This document shows positions 9,863-19,658 of a stretch of 64,000 nt of DNA, piece by piece. Source of the stretch: Candidatus Nanopelagicales bacterium (lineage in GTDB: Bacteria; Actinomycetota; Actinomycetes; S36-B12; UBA5976). Location of the stretch: positions 3,692 to 67,691 of the forward strand of contig JALQVI010000001.1 in the NCBI GenBank assembly GCA_023260395.1, written 5' to 3'. How positions within the stretch are numbered: the stretch's first letter is position 1; each line of letters begins with the position of its first letter. The translations under genes were made by a program, and so were the position numbers. The notes beneath the pieces are model-generated. The model made no database searches. It was not told where the DNA came from and saw nothing but the letters and a program-made list of their open reading frames with translations.

Positions 9863-11086
9863 GTGGCAAGACGCGCAAATGTGCTGAGTATTGTTCTCGC
9901 CGGTGGCGAGGGCAAGCGACTTATGCCCTTAACTACAGATCGCGCAAAACCGGCTGTTCCGTTCGGCGGCTCATATCGCCTCGTCGACTTTGTACTTTCT
10001 AACTTGGTGAACGCTGGTTTTCACCGAATTTGTGTCTTGACGCAATACAAATCTCATTCTCTCGATCAGCACATCACCACCACGTGGCAAATGGGCAACT
10101 TGCTCGGAAACTTCGTCACGCCGGTTCCTGCACAACAGCGTCTAGGTCCACGTTGGTACACAGGTTCAGCAGATGCAATTTTCCAAAGTTTGAATTTGGT
10201 TTATGACGCCGATCCTGATTACGTTTTCGTTTTTGGTGCCGACCACGTGTACCGCATGGACCCGGCCCAAATGCTAGAACAACACATCGCATCTGGCGCA
10301 GCTGTCACTGTCGCTGGTATTCGCGTTCCAAAAGCTGAAGCTGGTGGTTTCGGAATTATCGAAACTGATGCTTCGGGTAAAAAGATTGAACGCTTCCTCG
10401 AAAAACCTGTTGATCCACCAACGATTCCAGGTTTCCCTGATGAATGTTTTGCCTCGATGGGTAATTACATTTTTACTCGTGAAGCCCTCATCGCTGCGTT
10501 GAAAGAAGATGCTAAAGATCCGGCATCAATTCACGATATGGGAACAAATATCATTCCAATGTTGACCGAACGCGGCGAAGCTGTGGTCTACGACTTTGCC
10601 GAAAACGAAGTGCCTGGTGCCACAGAACGCGATCGTGGCTACTGGCGCGATGTGGGTTCGCTTGATTCCTATCACGATGCCCACATGGATCTCGTATCCG
10701 TTCATCCAATTTTCAACTTGTACAACGATGACTGGCGCATCCTGACAACGCTGCCACCGCTTGCTCCGGCGAAGTTCGTCCAAGGTGGCAATGCGCACGA
10801 TTCGATTGTGGGAACCGGTTCGATCATTTCTGGCGCGCACGTTCGCTCGTCCGTCGTCGCTCACGCAGTACGCGTTGATGACGGTGCGTATGTTGACGGT
10901 TCAGTCTTGATGCCAGGTGCACGCGTAGGTCGAGGTGCGGTAGTTCGACGTGCCATTATCGACAAGAACGTTGTTGTCCCGGACGGCGCACAAATCGGCG
11001 TAGACCTTGATAGTGACCGTCAGAAATACACCGTCAGCGAAGGCGGAATCGTCGTTATTGGCAAAGGCCAAATAATCGAAGCGTGA
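9863..11086 (+). CDS. glgC: glucose-1-phosphate adenylyltransferase
   Basis: Motifs [23 protein letters not shown] and a C-terminal left-handed beta-helix. The GTG at 9863 gives an N-terminus of the same length as mycobacterial GlgC. GTG at 9881 is an alternative. The 9668 extension overlaps glgA and is rejected. Confidence 0.9.
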   Translation: MARRANVLSIVLAGGEGKRLMPLTTDRAKPAVPFGGSYRLVDFVLSNLVNAGFHRICVLTQYKSHSLDQHITTTWQMGNLLGNFVTPVPAQQRLGPRWYTGSADAIFQSLNLVYDADPDYVFVFGADHVYRMDPAQMLEQHIASGAAVTVAGIRVPKAEAGGFGIIETDASGKKIERFLEKPVDPPTIPGFPDECFASMGNYIFTREALIAALKEDAKDPASIHDMGTNIIPMLTERGEAVVYDFAENEVPGATERDRGYWRDVGSLDSYHDAHMDLVSVHPIFNLYNDDWRILTTLPPLAPAKFVQGGNAHDSIVGTGSIISGAHVRSSVVAHAVRVDDGAYVDGSVLMPGARVGRGAVVRRAIIDKNVVVPDGAQIGVDLDSDRQKYTVSEGGIVVIGKGQIIEA

Positions 11087-11087
11087 T

Positions 11088-11867
11088 TTACCCGAAACGA
11101 CCCGAGATGTAATCTTCGGTTGCCTTTTCGTGTGGTGCTGAAAAGACCTGGTCAGTCGGGTTGATTTCAACGAGGCGGCCCGGTTCGCCTGTTGCAGCCA
11201 AGTTGAAGAATGCGGTCGATGAACTCACGCGCGCAGCTTGCTGCATGTTGTGAGTCACGATGACGATTGTGTATTCATTCTTAAGTTCGTGAATCAAGTC
11301 TTCGATTGCGATGGTTGAAATCGGGTCAAGTGCTGAACATGGTTCATCCATCAATAACACATCGGGCTGAACCGCAATCGCACGAGCGATACAGAGACGC
11401 TGTTGCTGACCACCCGAAAGTCCAGCACCTGGGCGATCAAGGCGGTCCTTAACTTCATTCCACAAGTTTGCGCCTTTGAGGGAACGCTCAACAATTTCAG
11501 CTAGTTCAGTCTTGGACTTGCGGCCAGTATCGAGCTTGATGCCGGCAAGAACGTTTTCTTGAATCGACATTGTTGGGAATGGGTTAGGCCGCTGGAACAC
11601 CATGCCGATTGTTCGACGAACGTTCACTGGATCAACGCCAGCACCGTAAATGTTTTCGCCATCAAGTTCAACGCTTCCTTCGATGCGTGCGCCTGGAATG
11701 ACTTCGTGCATACGGTTCAATGAACGAAGAACTGTTGACTTGCCGCAGCCCGATGGACCAATGAAGGCTGTGACGGAACGTGGCTCGATTGTGAGTGACA
11801 CGTCGGCCACGGCACGGAAGTTGCCATAGAACGCATTCAGATTATTGACGTCAATTCGCTTTGCCAT
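11088..11867 (-). CDS. pstB: phosphate ABC transporter ATP-binding protein
   Basis: Start at [15 protein letters not shown]. Walker A is GPSGCGKST, signature LSGGQQQRL, Walker [12 protein letters not shown]. The stop lies 1 nt from the convergent glgC stop. Confidence 0.95.
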   Translation of the reverse strand: MAKRIDVNNLNAFYGNFRAVADVSLTIEPRSVTAFIGPSGCGKSTVLRSLNRMHEVIPGARIEGSVELDGENIYGAGVDPVNVRRTIGMVFQRPNPFPTMSIQENVLAGIKLDTGRKSKTELAEIVERSLKGANLWNEVKDRLDRPGAGLSGGQQQRLCIARAIAVQPDVLLMDEPCSALDPISTIAIEDLIHELKNEYTIVIVTHNMQQAARVSSSTAFFNLAATGEPGRLVEINPTDQVFSAPHEKATEDYISGRFG

Positions 11868-11869
11868 GT

Positions 11870-12898
11870 TTATGCCTTCGGTGCGTAGTAGCGAGCAATG
11901 AGTTTTGCGGTTCCATAGAAAACCATGATGAGCAAGATCAGTGTGAGTGCGCCTGCCCAAGCGCGATCCAGCGATGCTGGAGTTGCGCTGGAAATTTGAT
12001 CCCAAATGAAAGTTGGAATTGCAGCTTGTGGACCAGCGAATGGATTTTGATTAATCGACTGGGACAAGAACGTGGTGAGCAACAGTGGAGCAGTTTCGCC
12101 AGCAACACGAGCAACGGCAAGCATGACACCAGTGATAATTCCACCGATTGCTGTTGGCAACACAATGCGCAAAATGGTTTTCCATTTCGGAATGCCAAGT
12201 GCCAAAGATGCTTCACGCAAATCCGCGGGAACAATTTTGAGCATTTCTTCGGTCGCGCGAACGATAACGGGAAGCATCAAAATCGTCAGGGCGAGTGCGG
12301 CAGCAAAGCCAGAACGATCAAACCCAAACGTGAGAACGAACGCGGTGTAGATAAACAAACCAGCCACAATCGATGGCACGCCAGTCATCACATCGACGAA
12401 GAAGCTGATGGCTTTGGCCAAACGCCCACCGCGTGCGTACTCAACGAGATAAAGCGCTGTCAGAATGCCAATCGGGACTGCAATAAGTGTTGCGATACCG
12501 ACTTGTTCCAAAGTGCCAAGCAGCGCGTGATACACACCGCCACCAGGCTTTGATGGACTGACCGAGCGCATTGAGTGGCTCAAGAAATTCATGTCGAGTT
12601 CCTTGATGCCTTTACTCACCACGGTCCAAATCAACGTGGCCAATGGCAATGCGGCGATAACGAATGATGAATACATCAGCGTTGCAAACAAACGGTCAAT
12701 CGCATGACGACGACCTTCGACTGTGAAGCTCCATGTGGTCTGTAGGACCAAGTACAACAACACTGCCAACGTGATTGTGCCGCCGACACCAGCAACACTT
12801 GTGGTGCGCTCGATCATTACGGCAGAGCCAATCGATAAACCGGCAAGAGCAACGGCGAACCACTTAGGAAGAATGCTTCCGCGAAGTTGTGTACTCAT
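11870..12898 (-). CDS. pstA: phosphate ABC transporter permease
   Basis: 342 aa, 6 TM. Permease loop is [21 protein letters not shown]. Sits in pstSCAB order. Confidence 0.92.
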   Translation of the reverse strand: MSTQLRGSILPKWFAVALAGLSIGSAVMIERTTSVAGVGGTITLAVLLYLVLQTTWSFTVEGRRHAIDRLFATLMYSSFVIAALPLATLIWTVVSKGIKELDMNFLSHSMRSVSPSKPGGGVYHALLGTLEQVGIATLIAVPIGILTALYLVEYARGGRLAKAISFFVDVMTGVPSIVAGLFIYTAFVLTFGFDRSGFAAALALTILMLPVIVRATEEMLKIVPADLREASLALGIPKWKTILRIVLPTAIGGIITGVMLAVARVAGETAPLLLTTFLSQSINQNPFAGPQAAIPTFIWDQISSATPASLDRAWAGALTLILLIMVFYGTAKLIARYYAPKA

Positions 12899-13869
12899 TA
12901 CTGTGCCCCTGAGAAATCTTTACGGCGAGCAATAATGCCACGAGCTACCGAGTTCACTCCCAGAGTGATCAAGAACAGAACCAAGCCTGAAGCAATCAGC
13001 GCTGATAGGCCGTTAGGGCCGGCTTCGTTCCACTTGAGTGCGATGTTCGCAGCAAATGTGTTGCCACCAGGCTCGGTGATGTGTGGATTGACCTCAAAGA
13101 CCGCAGAAAGAATAAGTGCGACCGCAATCGTTTCACCAAGTGCGCGACCAAGACCAAGCATCGAGGCACTGATGATGCCAGGACGACCGAATGGCAATAC
13201 GGCCATGCGCACCATTTCCCAACGAGTCGCGCCAAGTGCAAGTGCAGCTTCAACGTGACTGCGAGGAACTTGGTTAAACACTTCACGACTGATGGCACTG
13301 ATGGTTGGCAAAATCATGATTGCCAAAACGATTCCAGCAATCAGCAAACTCTTTGTGTAGAGGTCAGTACGGTTCTGGAAAATTGGAATGAAACCGAGAT
13401 AGCGATCGAGCCAGCGAGCGACACCTTCGCTATGTGGCATGAGGAACTGCAGGCCCCATAAACCAAAAATGATAGAAGGAACTGCGGCCAACAAGTCGAT
13501 AAAGAATGCCATTACGCCAGCGAGTTTCTTCGGTGCGTAAAAAGTGATGAAGAGTGAAGTGCCAATACCGGTTGGCATAGCAAGCAACATTGCGATGATC
13601 GCAGCAACAAATGTGCCGAACGCTAATGCTGCAATTCCGAAAATCGGTGTGTCTTGATCAGGGAACCACTGTGATTCGGTGAAGAAGTTTGAACTGTTGT
13701 GTGAAAACGATGGCAATGCTTTCCAAGTAAGGAAAATGCCGATGCTTGTCATCACCAACAAAATAAGAAGTCCAGATCCAACGGTAATACCGCGGAATAT
13801 CTGGTCACCACGTCGCACAGCGCTACCGCTGATTGATGATTTCGGTGGGTCGATCAGGCCCTGAGTCAT
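12898..13869 (-). CDS. pstC: phosphate ABC transporter permease
   Basis: 323 aa. Permease loop is VEAALALGATRWEMVRMAVLP. TAATG junction with pstA. Confidence 0.92.
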   Translation of the reverse strand: MTQGLIDPPKSSISGSAVRRGDQIFRGITVGSGLLILLVMTSIGIFLTWKALPSFSHNSSNFFTESQWFPDQDTPIFGIAALAFGTFVAAIIAMLLAMPTGIGTSLFITFYAPKKLAGVMAFFIDLLAAVPSIIFGLWGLQFLMPHSEGVARWLDRYLGFIPIFQNRTDLYTKSLLIAGIVLAIMILPTISAISREVFNQVPRSHVEAALALGATRWEMVRMAVLPFGRPGIISASMLGLGRALGETIAVALILSAVFEVNPHITEPGGNTFAANIALKWNEAGPNGLSALIASGLVLFLITLGVNSVARGIIARRKDFSGAQ

Positions 13870-13942
13870 GGCTCTAGTGTCTCACTTTGAGTGCTTCTGG
13901 GTGACATGCAGCCCAGGATTTTTGTTCGTCAGTGGCAGGAAA

Positions 13943-13974
13943 ATGGGGCGCCCGCATTTCTGCTGACGCCCCAT
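13943..13974 (-). terminator. intra-operon hairpin just downstream of pstS (partial terminator or mRNA-stabilising element)
   Basis: On the minus strand, ATGGGGCG-(16 nt)-CGCCCCAT followed by TTTTCC. It starts 15 nt after the pstS stop codon, inside the 119-nt pstS-pstC gap. Confidence 0.55.
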
Positions 13975-13988
13975 CCCGCGGGTCGTAA

Positions 13989-15071
13989 TTAGGAGATTGC
14001 TGCGACCGAGGCGCGAACCTTGGTCAGCAAGTCACCTGTGATTGGCACGTAGCCAGCACCTGAAAGCGCACCCTGAGCCTCATCTGATGATGTGTAGGTT
14101 AGGAATGACTTTACGAGTGCAGCCTGAGCTGCATCCAAGCCCTTTTCGCAAGTGATTTCGTAGGTCACAAGAACGATTGGGTATGAAGCGCCGTCAGCCA
14201 CGGTGCGGTCGATGTTAAGAGCAAGGTCATTGCCGGTGCCCTTAACGGTTGCTGCTGCGATGGTCTTTGCTGCTGCATCCGAAGTTGCTTCAACTGCGCC
14301 GCCGCCATTGTCGATCTTTGCAGCCTTGAGGTTCTGGGTTTGTACGAATGACAATTCCATGTAACCGATTGAGTTCTTGGTTGATGCAACTGATGAGGCA
14401 ACGCCGTCGGAACCCTTAGCTCCTTGTCCACCTGGAGCAACCCAATCCTTGCCACCTGCGAGGGTGTAAGTATCTGGAGTTGTAGCGATGAGCCACTTGG
14501 TGAAGTTGTCGGTGGTGCCTGATGAATCGCTGCGGTGGAATGAAGCGATTGTGGCAGCTGGCAAAGCTACGCCAGCGTTAAGTGCAGCAATTGCTGGATC
14601 GTTCCACTTGGTGATTTTGCCGGTGAAAATGCCAGCAGTTGTCTTTGGATCAAGCACGAGTGAATCAACGCCATCAATGTTGTAAGCAAGAGCAATTGCT
14701 CCGCCAACCATTGGGATGTCGATTGCATTGTTACCTGCACAGCGAGCTGCTGCGCCAGCAACTTCTTCTGGCTTCAGTGCTGAGTCAGAGCCAGCGAAGT
14801 CAGTCTGTGCGTTGATGAAGTCTTGTACGCCTGCGCCTGAACCATTTGCTTGGTAGTCGATGGTCGCGCCGGGATTAGCAGTCTGGAATGCGTTGACCCA
14901 TTCGGCCATTGCGTTCTTCTGTGCTGAAGAGCCTGATGCCTTCAGTGCACCTGTTACGCCACCAGCTGGAGCTGATGCCGAGCTGCTTGCATTGTTGTCG
15001 CTGCCACATGCAGTTAGCGACAGGGTGGTTGCGATTGCAACGGTTGCAATTGCGATTCGGGTGATTTTCAC
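13989..15071 (-). CDS. pstS: phosphate-binding lipoprotein
   Basis: 360 aa. Signal peptide with lipobox LSLTAC|GS. PstS/PBP motifs GSSAQ, GSGAG, SDS and RSDSSGTT. Confidence 0.93.
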   Translation of the reverse strand: MKITRIAIATVAIATTLSLTACGSDNNASSSASAPAGGVTGALKASGSSAQKNAMAEWVNAFQTANPGATIDYQANGSGAGVQDFINAQTDFAGSDSALKPEEVAGAAARCAGNNAIDIPMVGGAIALAYNIDGVDSLVLDPKTTAGIFTGKITKWNDPAIAALNAGVALPAATIASFHRSDSSGTTDNFTKWLIATTPDTYTLAGGKDWVAPGGQGAKGSDGVASSVASTKNSIGYMELSFVQTQNLKAAKIDNGGGAVEATSDAAAKTIAAATVKGTGNDLALNIDRTVADGASYPIVLVTYEITCEKGLDAAQAALVKSFLTYTSSDEAQGALSGAGYVPITGDLLTKVRASVAAIS

Positions 15072-15143
15072 CGCGGTCCTCCTATGGATGGTCCTTCGTT
15101 ATGTCTTGAAGGTAAACAGTGGGGGGAAACGCAGGTTTATCGG

Positions 15144-15273
15144 AAAGTTAACAATAGGTGAATTAATATTTTGGCCTTTTTCAAAGTTGTTAACCTTTGG
15201 AAAATACCCATTGTTTTGGGGGTTTGTATCCTAAACAACTCGTGAACAAGGTTAATTTGGGTTGTTAACCTTT
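15144..15273 (-). promoter_or_regulatory. cluster of TTAACA-core repeats upstream of pstS (candidate Pho boxes)
   Basis: The 13-mer AAAGGTTAACAAC occurs twice in pstS orientation (reverse complement of 15186-15198 and 15261-15273). An inverted shortened copy, AAAGTTAACAAT, is at 15144-15155. Hexamers TTAACC (rc 15250-15255) and TTCACG (rc 15241-15246) lie 13 and 9 nt from the distal TTAACA. Confidence 0.45.
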
Positions 15274-15329
15274 CGCGGGTTTCACGTGTGTTGGCCCCCT
15301 AAAAGTTTGGCAGCGTAACTCGGCTAGAA

Positions 15330-16256
15330 CTAGTGAATGTGGCGTTCCACGGCATAAACAACCGCTGGGTTCTGGGCGTCGCGGTGGAAAATGACCATCG
15401 ACCCAGGGGTCAAGGCAGGATCAAAATCGCGCTTACCAACATTGCGAACCTCGAGTTGTTCAGTCAAGGCCTGCATCACCGTCGGCATGACCGGGCGATG
15501 CGTGCACAGCAATGTGGGGCTCGCGCTGCCTGCAATTTCGGTCACGCGATTCTGGGCCCGAGTTGGATCAATCAGATGCTGCTCCTCGCTCAACGATTCT
15601 TCGAGAGTGATCGCCAAGCTGCGGGCTCCTGCGTAAGGACCCACGGTGTCGCGACAACGTCGAGAGTCCGATGAGTGCAAATTGCTAATACCAAAAGCGG
15701 CAATCGCAGGAACCAGGCCGCTTGCTTGCATGCGTCCAACTGCAGTGAGCGGACGACTCGAATCAACTTGCGCCAGCGCATCTTCGGCAACGGCCCATTC
15801 AGCGCGCTTGGTTGCTTGGGTGTGACGCAAAATAATGAGCGCGGTAGTCACAGGCGCAGCAGCTGCAGCATCGAGAACATCACGATCATGCGGGTACGTC
15901 ATCAGCTTCACAGCTTGCTTGTACGTCACCCAACGAATTTCATCGACCTCGTCATTGGCAACGAATTCACCTGACAAATATGTGGCAAACCAATAATGCG
16001 AAAACTTGTCACGGCCTTTGACCGAATACGACTGGGTTGGAAGAGGCACGCCAAGCATGATTGCAAAACCAGTTTCTTCACGCACTTCGCGAATTGCCGC
16101 AGCAATGATGTGTTCGCCTGGATCAACTTTGCCTTTCGGGAATGTCCAGTCATTGCGATACCCACGATGAATAAGTAAGTACTCACGTTCAGATGCGCCT
16201 TCGCGGGTGACAACTGCTCCGGCAGCAATGATTGCGTTATCGGGCACGGAAACCAA
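15330..16256 (-). CDS. mutT1: Nudix hydrolase fused to a histidine-phosphatase (SixA-like) domain, MutT1 type
   Basis: Nudix box is [24 protein letters not shown]-terminal half has [12 protein letters not shown] (RHG-phosphatase motif). TTG at 16256 or GTG at 16247 as start; either overlaps the ppk stop. Adjacent to ppk, as in mycobacteria and Streptomyces. Confidence 0.8.
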   Translation of the reverse strand: MVSVPDNAIIAAGAVVTREGASEREYLLIHRGYRNDWTFPKGKVDPGEHIIAAAIREVREETGFAIMLGVPLPTQSYSVKGRDKFSHYWFATYLSGEFVANDEVDEIRWVTYKQAVKLMTYPHDRDVLDAAAAAPVTTALIILRHTQATKRAEWAVAEDALAQVDSSRPLTAVGRMQASGLVPAIAAFGISNLHSSDSRRCRDTVGPYAGARSLAITLEESLSEEQHLIDPTRAQNRVTEIAGSASPTLLCTHRPVMPTVMQALTEQLEVRNVGKRDFDPALTPGSMVIFHRDAQNPAVVYAVERHIH

Positions 16257-18393
16257 CTCGATTCAAAATGTTGTCGAGCATGCGTGGCATGGCAACATCA
16301 GCCGCAGGCTTAGCGACTGGATGGCTTCGAATCAAGAACTCTTGGTAATCCTCGAGTGGTTCGTCATTGTCATCAAGTTGTTTGCGAACCCAGTTTCCAT
16401 CCGAGTGCAAGTGCCAGGCAGATGTTGTGTCAGCGAACGCAACATCGATGGTTTCGGTAATTGCTGCGCCATCGCTATCGCCAAGACGGACCAAAGCTTC
16501 GACACGTCGATCCAGATTGCGGTGCATCATGTCAGCCGAACCAATCCAGACTTCACGCTTGCCGGCATTGCCAAATTCATACACACGACTGTGTTCAAGG
16601 AAGCGACCCAAAATGCTGCGCACTTCAATGTTTTCACTCAGCCCTTGGACCCCAGGACGCAAAGCGCAAATGCCACGAATCAACAACTGAACTTTCACGC
16701 CAGCCTGTGATGCCCGATACAGCGAATCAATGACAGTTTCATCCACGATCGCATTGCTCTTCATGCGAATGAATCCCGCGTGACCATTGCGAACGTTTTC
16801 AATTTCGCGTTCGACCTTGGCAACTAGTTCGCTGCGCATTTCCTTTGGCGCAACGATGAGACGTTGGTAATCGCCTTGCACCGAGTAACCGGACAGGTGG
16901 TTGAACAAACTCGCGACATCTTCACCAATGGCTGGGTCAGTCGTCAAAAGTCCGTAATCTTCATACGCTCTTGCGGTTTTCGGATTGTAGTTACCCGTTC
17001 CGATGTGGACGTACCGACGTAAGCGACCGCCATCGGAACGAACGACCATCGACAACTTCGCATGAGTCTTTAAACCAACAACGCCATACACAACATGGAC
17101 GCCGGCCTCTTCGAGTTTGTGTGCCCAATCAATGTTGTTCTGCTCATCGAAGCGAGCTTTAATTTCAACAACAGCGAGAACTTGTTTGCCCCATTCGGCG
17201 GCATTGATCAAAGCATCAACAATCGGCGAGTCTCCCGATGTGCGATACAAAGTCTGTTTGATTGCGAGCACGTTGGGATCTTCGGATGCTTGTTCGAGGA
17301 ACAGCTGCACACTCGTTGAAAACGAATCGTATGGATGGTGCAACACAACATCGCGATGACGCATGATGTCGATCACGTCAGGTGGAGTAGACGTTTCAAC
17401 TTCGGCAAGGGTCGCATTTGTGCGGGCCACAAATGGCGGTGACTTCAAGTCGTCGCGATTGAGTTTTGCGACTTCGTCGAGTGAACGTAAATCGAGTGGA
17501 CCAGTTAAACGGAATACCTCGTTTTCAGTAACACCTAGTTCGCTAATCAACAGATTAAGAACATAAGGATCCATCGAATTTTCAACTTCGAGTCGAACTG
17601 GTGGACCAAAACGACGACGCATCAATTCGCGTTCGAGCGCTTGCAATAAGTTTTCGGCGTCGTCTTCTTCGACATCTAGATCTTCGTTACGTGTCACACG
17701 AAATGTGTGGTTCTGAACAATCTCCATGCCAGGGAACAGCATGTCCAAGTGACCAGCGATGACGTCTTCGAGTGGCACAAATCGCTGTGACGAAACTTCG
17801 ATGAATCGCGGCAATGATGGTGGAACTTTTACGCGGGCAAAAAGTTCATTGTCGGTTCCAGGATGACGAACGACGACAGCAAGGTTCAGCGATAAACCAG
17901 AGATGTATGGGAATGGGTGCGAGGGATCAACAGCGAGGGGAGTAAGCACGGGAAACACTTGCTCTTCGAACAGTGTTGTCATCGCAGTACGTTCTTCGAC
18001 CGTCAGTTCTTCCCAACGCAGCAAGATGATTCCGTTGGCCACGAGCGCCGGCAGCACAGCCTGGTTGAAGCAATCTGAATGCTGCTTCATGGTTTCGTAG
18101 CTCTGTGCCAACACGTTGTCGTGAACTTCGCGCGGCAGCAAACCGCTTGCAGCTTTGACGGCAATACCGGTTGCAATGCGACGCTTTAATCCTGCGACGC
18201 GCACCATAAAGAATTCATCCAAGTTACTGGCAAAAATCGACAAGTACTTGACTCGTTCGAGCAGCTCAAGATTTTCATCTTGTGCCAATTCCAATACGCG
18301 CTGATTAAACGCAAGCCATGACAGCTCTCGATCAAGGAAGCGATCTGCAGGCAGGTTTGCGGCGATGTTCTCGGATGGCACATTCGTGGACAT
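16237..18393 (-). CDS. ppk: polyphosphate kinase 1
   Basis: Motifs [35 protein letters not shown] and [14 protein letters not shown]. Start chosen at MSTNVPSE (18393). The upstream ATG at 18423 would place the Pho-like motif inside the CDS. Confidence 0.93.
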   Translation of the reverse strand: MSTNVPSENIAANLPADRFLDRELSWLAFNQRVLELAQDENLELLERVKYLSIFASNLDEFFMVRVAGLKRRIATGIAVKAASGLLPREVHDNVLAQSYETMKQHSDCFNQAVLPALVANGIILLRWEELTVEERTAMTTLFEEQVFPVLTPLAVDPSHPFPYISGLSLNLAVVVRHPGTDNELFARVKVPPSLPRFIEVSSQRFVPLEDVIAGHLDMLFPGMEIVQNHTFRVTRNEDLDVEEDDAENLLQALERELMRRRFGPPVRLEVENSMDPYVLNLLISELGVTENEVFRLTGPLDLRSLDEVAKLNRDDLKSPPFVARTNATLAEVETSTPPDVIDIMRHRDVVLHHPYDSFSTSVQLFLEQASEDPNVLAIKQTLYRTSGDSPIVDALINAAEWGKQVLAVVEIKARFDEQNNIDWAHKLEEAGVHVVYGVVGLKTHAKLSMVVRSDGGRLRRYVHIGTGNYNPKTARAYEDYGLLTTDPAIGEDVASLFNHLSGYSVQGDYQRLIVAPKEMRSELVAKVEREIENVRNGHAGFIRMKSNAIVDETVIDSLYRASQAGVKVQLLIRGICALRPGVQGLSENIEVRSILGRFLEHSRVYEFGNAGKREVWIGSADMMHRNLDRRVEALVRLGDSDGAAITETIDVAFADTTSAWHLHSDGNWVRKQLDDNDEPLEDYQEFLIRSHPVAKPAADVAMPRMLDNILNRVGFRAR

Positions 18394-18413
18394 ATCGAAA
18401 GCCTTGCATAGCG

Positions 18414-18433
18414 AGGTTAACAACGTCTAACAG
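18414..18433 (+). promoter_or_regulatory. third copy of the AGGTTAACAAC motif plus a CTAACA repeat in the ppk / S51-like divergent region
   Basis: Sequence is AGGTTAACAACGTCTAACAG. TTAACA (18417-18422) and CTAACA (18427-18432) lie 10 nt apart. The motif is 21 nt upstream of the ppk ATG, on the opposite strand to ppk, and 50 nt upstream of the ATG at 18483, in that gene's orientation. Confidence 0.4.
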
Positions 18434-18482
18434 ATTGCTTTCCCAAGATGAATAAAGGGGAATTCGGTGGGATGATGAAGCA

Positions 18483-19640
18483 ATGAGCAGGCAAATAGTT
18501 GTAATGGGTAGTGGCGAAACGAGCCCGACGATGGTCACCCCACACCAGCGGATTCTGGCGGATGTGCCTGCAACTGGCCGAATTGTGCTCGATACACCCT
18601 TTGGTTTCCAGGAGAATGCCGATGAGCTCACGACTCGGCTCGAGGATTATTTCGCCAATTCGGTGGGCACCAACACAACCGCAGTGTCTTTGCGAACGAC
18701 CGAACTTTCAGCTGGCGAAATTGCCTCAGCCGTCGCGAAAGTCCATTCGGCGAACTGGGTGTTTGCTGGACCGGGTTCCCCTTCATATGCATTGAAAGTT
18801 TGGCGCGAAACCGGAATTGCACCGCACTTTGATGAAGTGCTGCAGCGCGGCGTCATCGTGCTGGCTTCTGCCGCGGCGTTAACAGCCGGTGCCTACACAA
18901 TTCCGGTGTATGAAATTTACAAAGTCGGTCAAGATCCATTCTGGAATGAAGGCCTGAACTTACTTGGTCGTCACACTGGTTTGAATGCTGTGGTGATCCC
19001 GCACTTCGACAACAGTGAAGGTGGCACGCACGACACTCGTTTCTGTTACATGGGCGAGCGTCGATTGCGCATGCTCGAAGCGCAGTTGCCTGCTGATGTT
19101 TTCGTGCTCGGTGTTGATGAACACACAGGCGTAAGTTTTGATCTCGATACACACGTCGTTCGAGTCTTCGGTCGCGGTTCAATGACAGTGCGCAAGGGCG
19201 ACCATGTGTGGCAGGTCAAGAGTGGCGATGAAACCACAATCGAAGAAATCGCAAAGCAAGCCGATGTCGAACGCGTCATCACAGAAACAACAGAGCCGTT
19301 GTTCGTTGCGGCCGATCAAGTTGAAGAGTTACTAGAAACAGGCAATGTGTTGGCGGCTGTTGATGCGTTGCTTGAACTCGATGAAATGGATCGCGACATC
19401 GATACGCGCGCGACAGTTCACGCGCTCATCACACGGCTGGGCCAGCTCGCAGCATCACCTCGTGTTGACCTGCAATCAGTCGTAGGCCCATACATTGAGG
19501 CACTTTTACAGGCTCGTAACGCTGCTCGCTCTGGCGGTCGATGGGACGAAGCTGATGCCATTCGCGATCAACTCACGTCACTGCAAGTAACCATCAAAGA
19601 CACTGCTGATGGTTCCCAATGGGACATTCAAAGTTCCTGA
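18483..19640 (+). CDS. S51 (cyanophycinase/PepE)-like domain protein with a CysRS/MshC-like C-terminal helical tail
   Basis: 385 aa. N-terminus VVMGSGETSP, then LASAAALTAGAY at the nucleophile-elbow position, IPHFDN and VLGVDEHTGV. C-terminal part (LLETGNVLAAVDALLELDE...LLQARNAARSGGRWDEADAIRDQLTSLQVTIKDTADGSQW) resembles the C-terminus of cysteinyl-tRNA synthetase. No HIGH/KMSKS motifs. Confidence 0.55.
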   Translation: MSRQIVVMGSGETSPTMVTPHQRILADVPATGRIVLDTPFGFQENADELTTRLEDYFANSVGTNTTAVSLRTTELSAGEIASAVAKVHSANWVFAGPGSPSYALKVWRETGIAPHFDEVLQRGVIVLASAAALTAGAYTIPVYEIYKVGQDPFWNEGLNLLGRHTGLNAVVIPHFDNSEGGTHDTRFCYMGERRLRMLEAQLPADVFVLGVDEHTGVSFDLDTHVVRVFGRGSMTVRKGDHVWQVKSGDETTIEEIAKQADVERVITETTEPLFVAADQVEELLETGNVLAAVDALLELDEMDRDIDTRATVHALITRLGQLAASPRVDLQSVVGPYIEALLQARNAARSGGRWDEADAIRDQLTSLQVTIKDTADGSQWDIQSS

Positions 19641-19658
19641 TTTCAAACGCGTATAGAT

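Noticed and set aside
18483-19640. Possibility that the 385-aa ORF is a truncated or pseudogenised cysS or mshC
   Set aside because: Only the C-terminal helical region resembles CysRS. The N-terminal 250 aa have S51-like motifs and no Rossmann-fold HIGH/KMSKS signatures. The frame is intact with a good start context.
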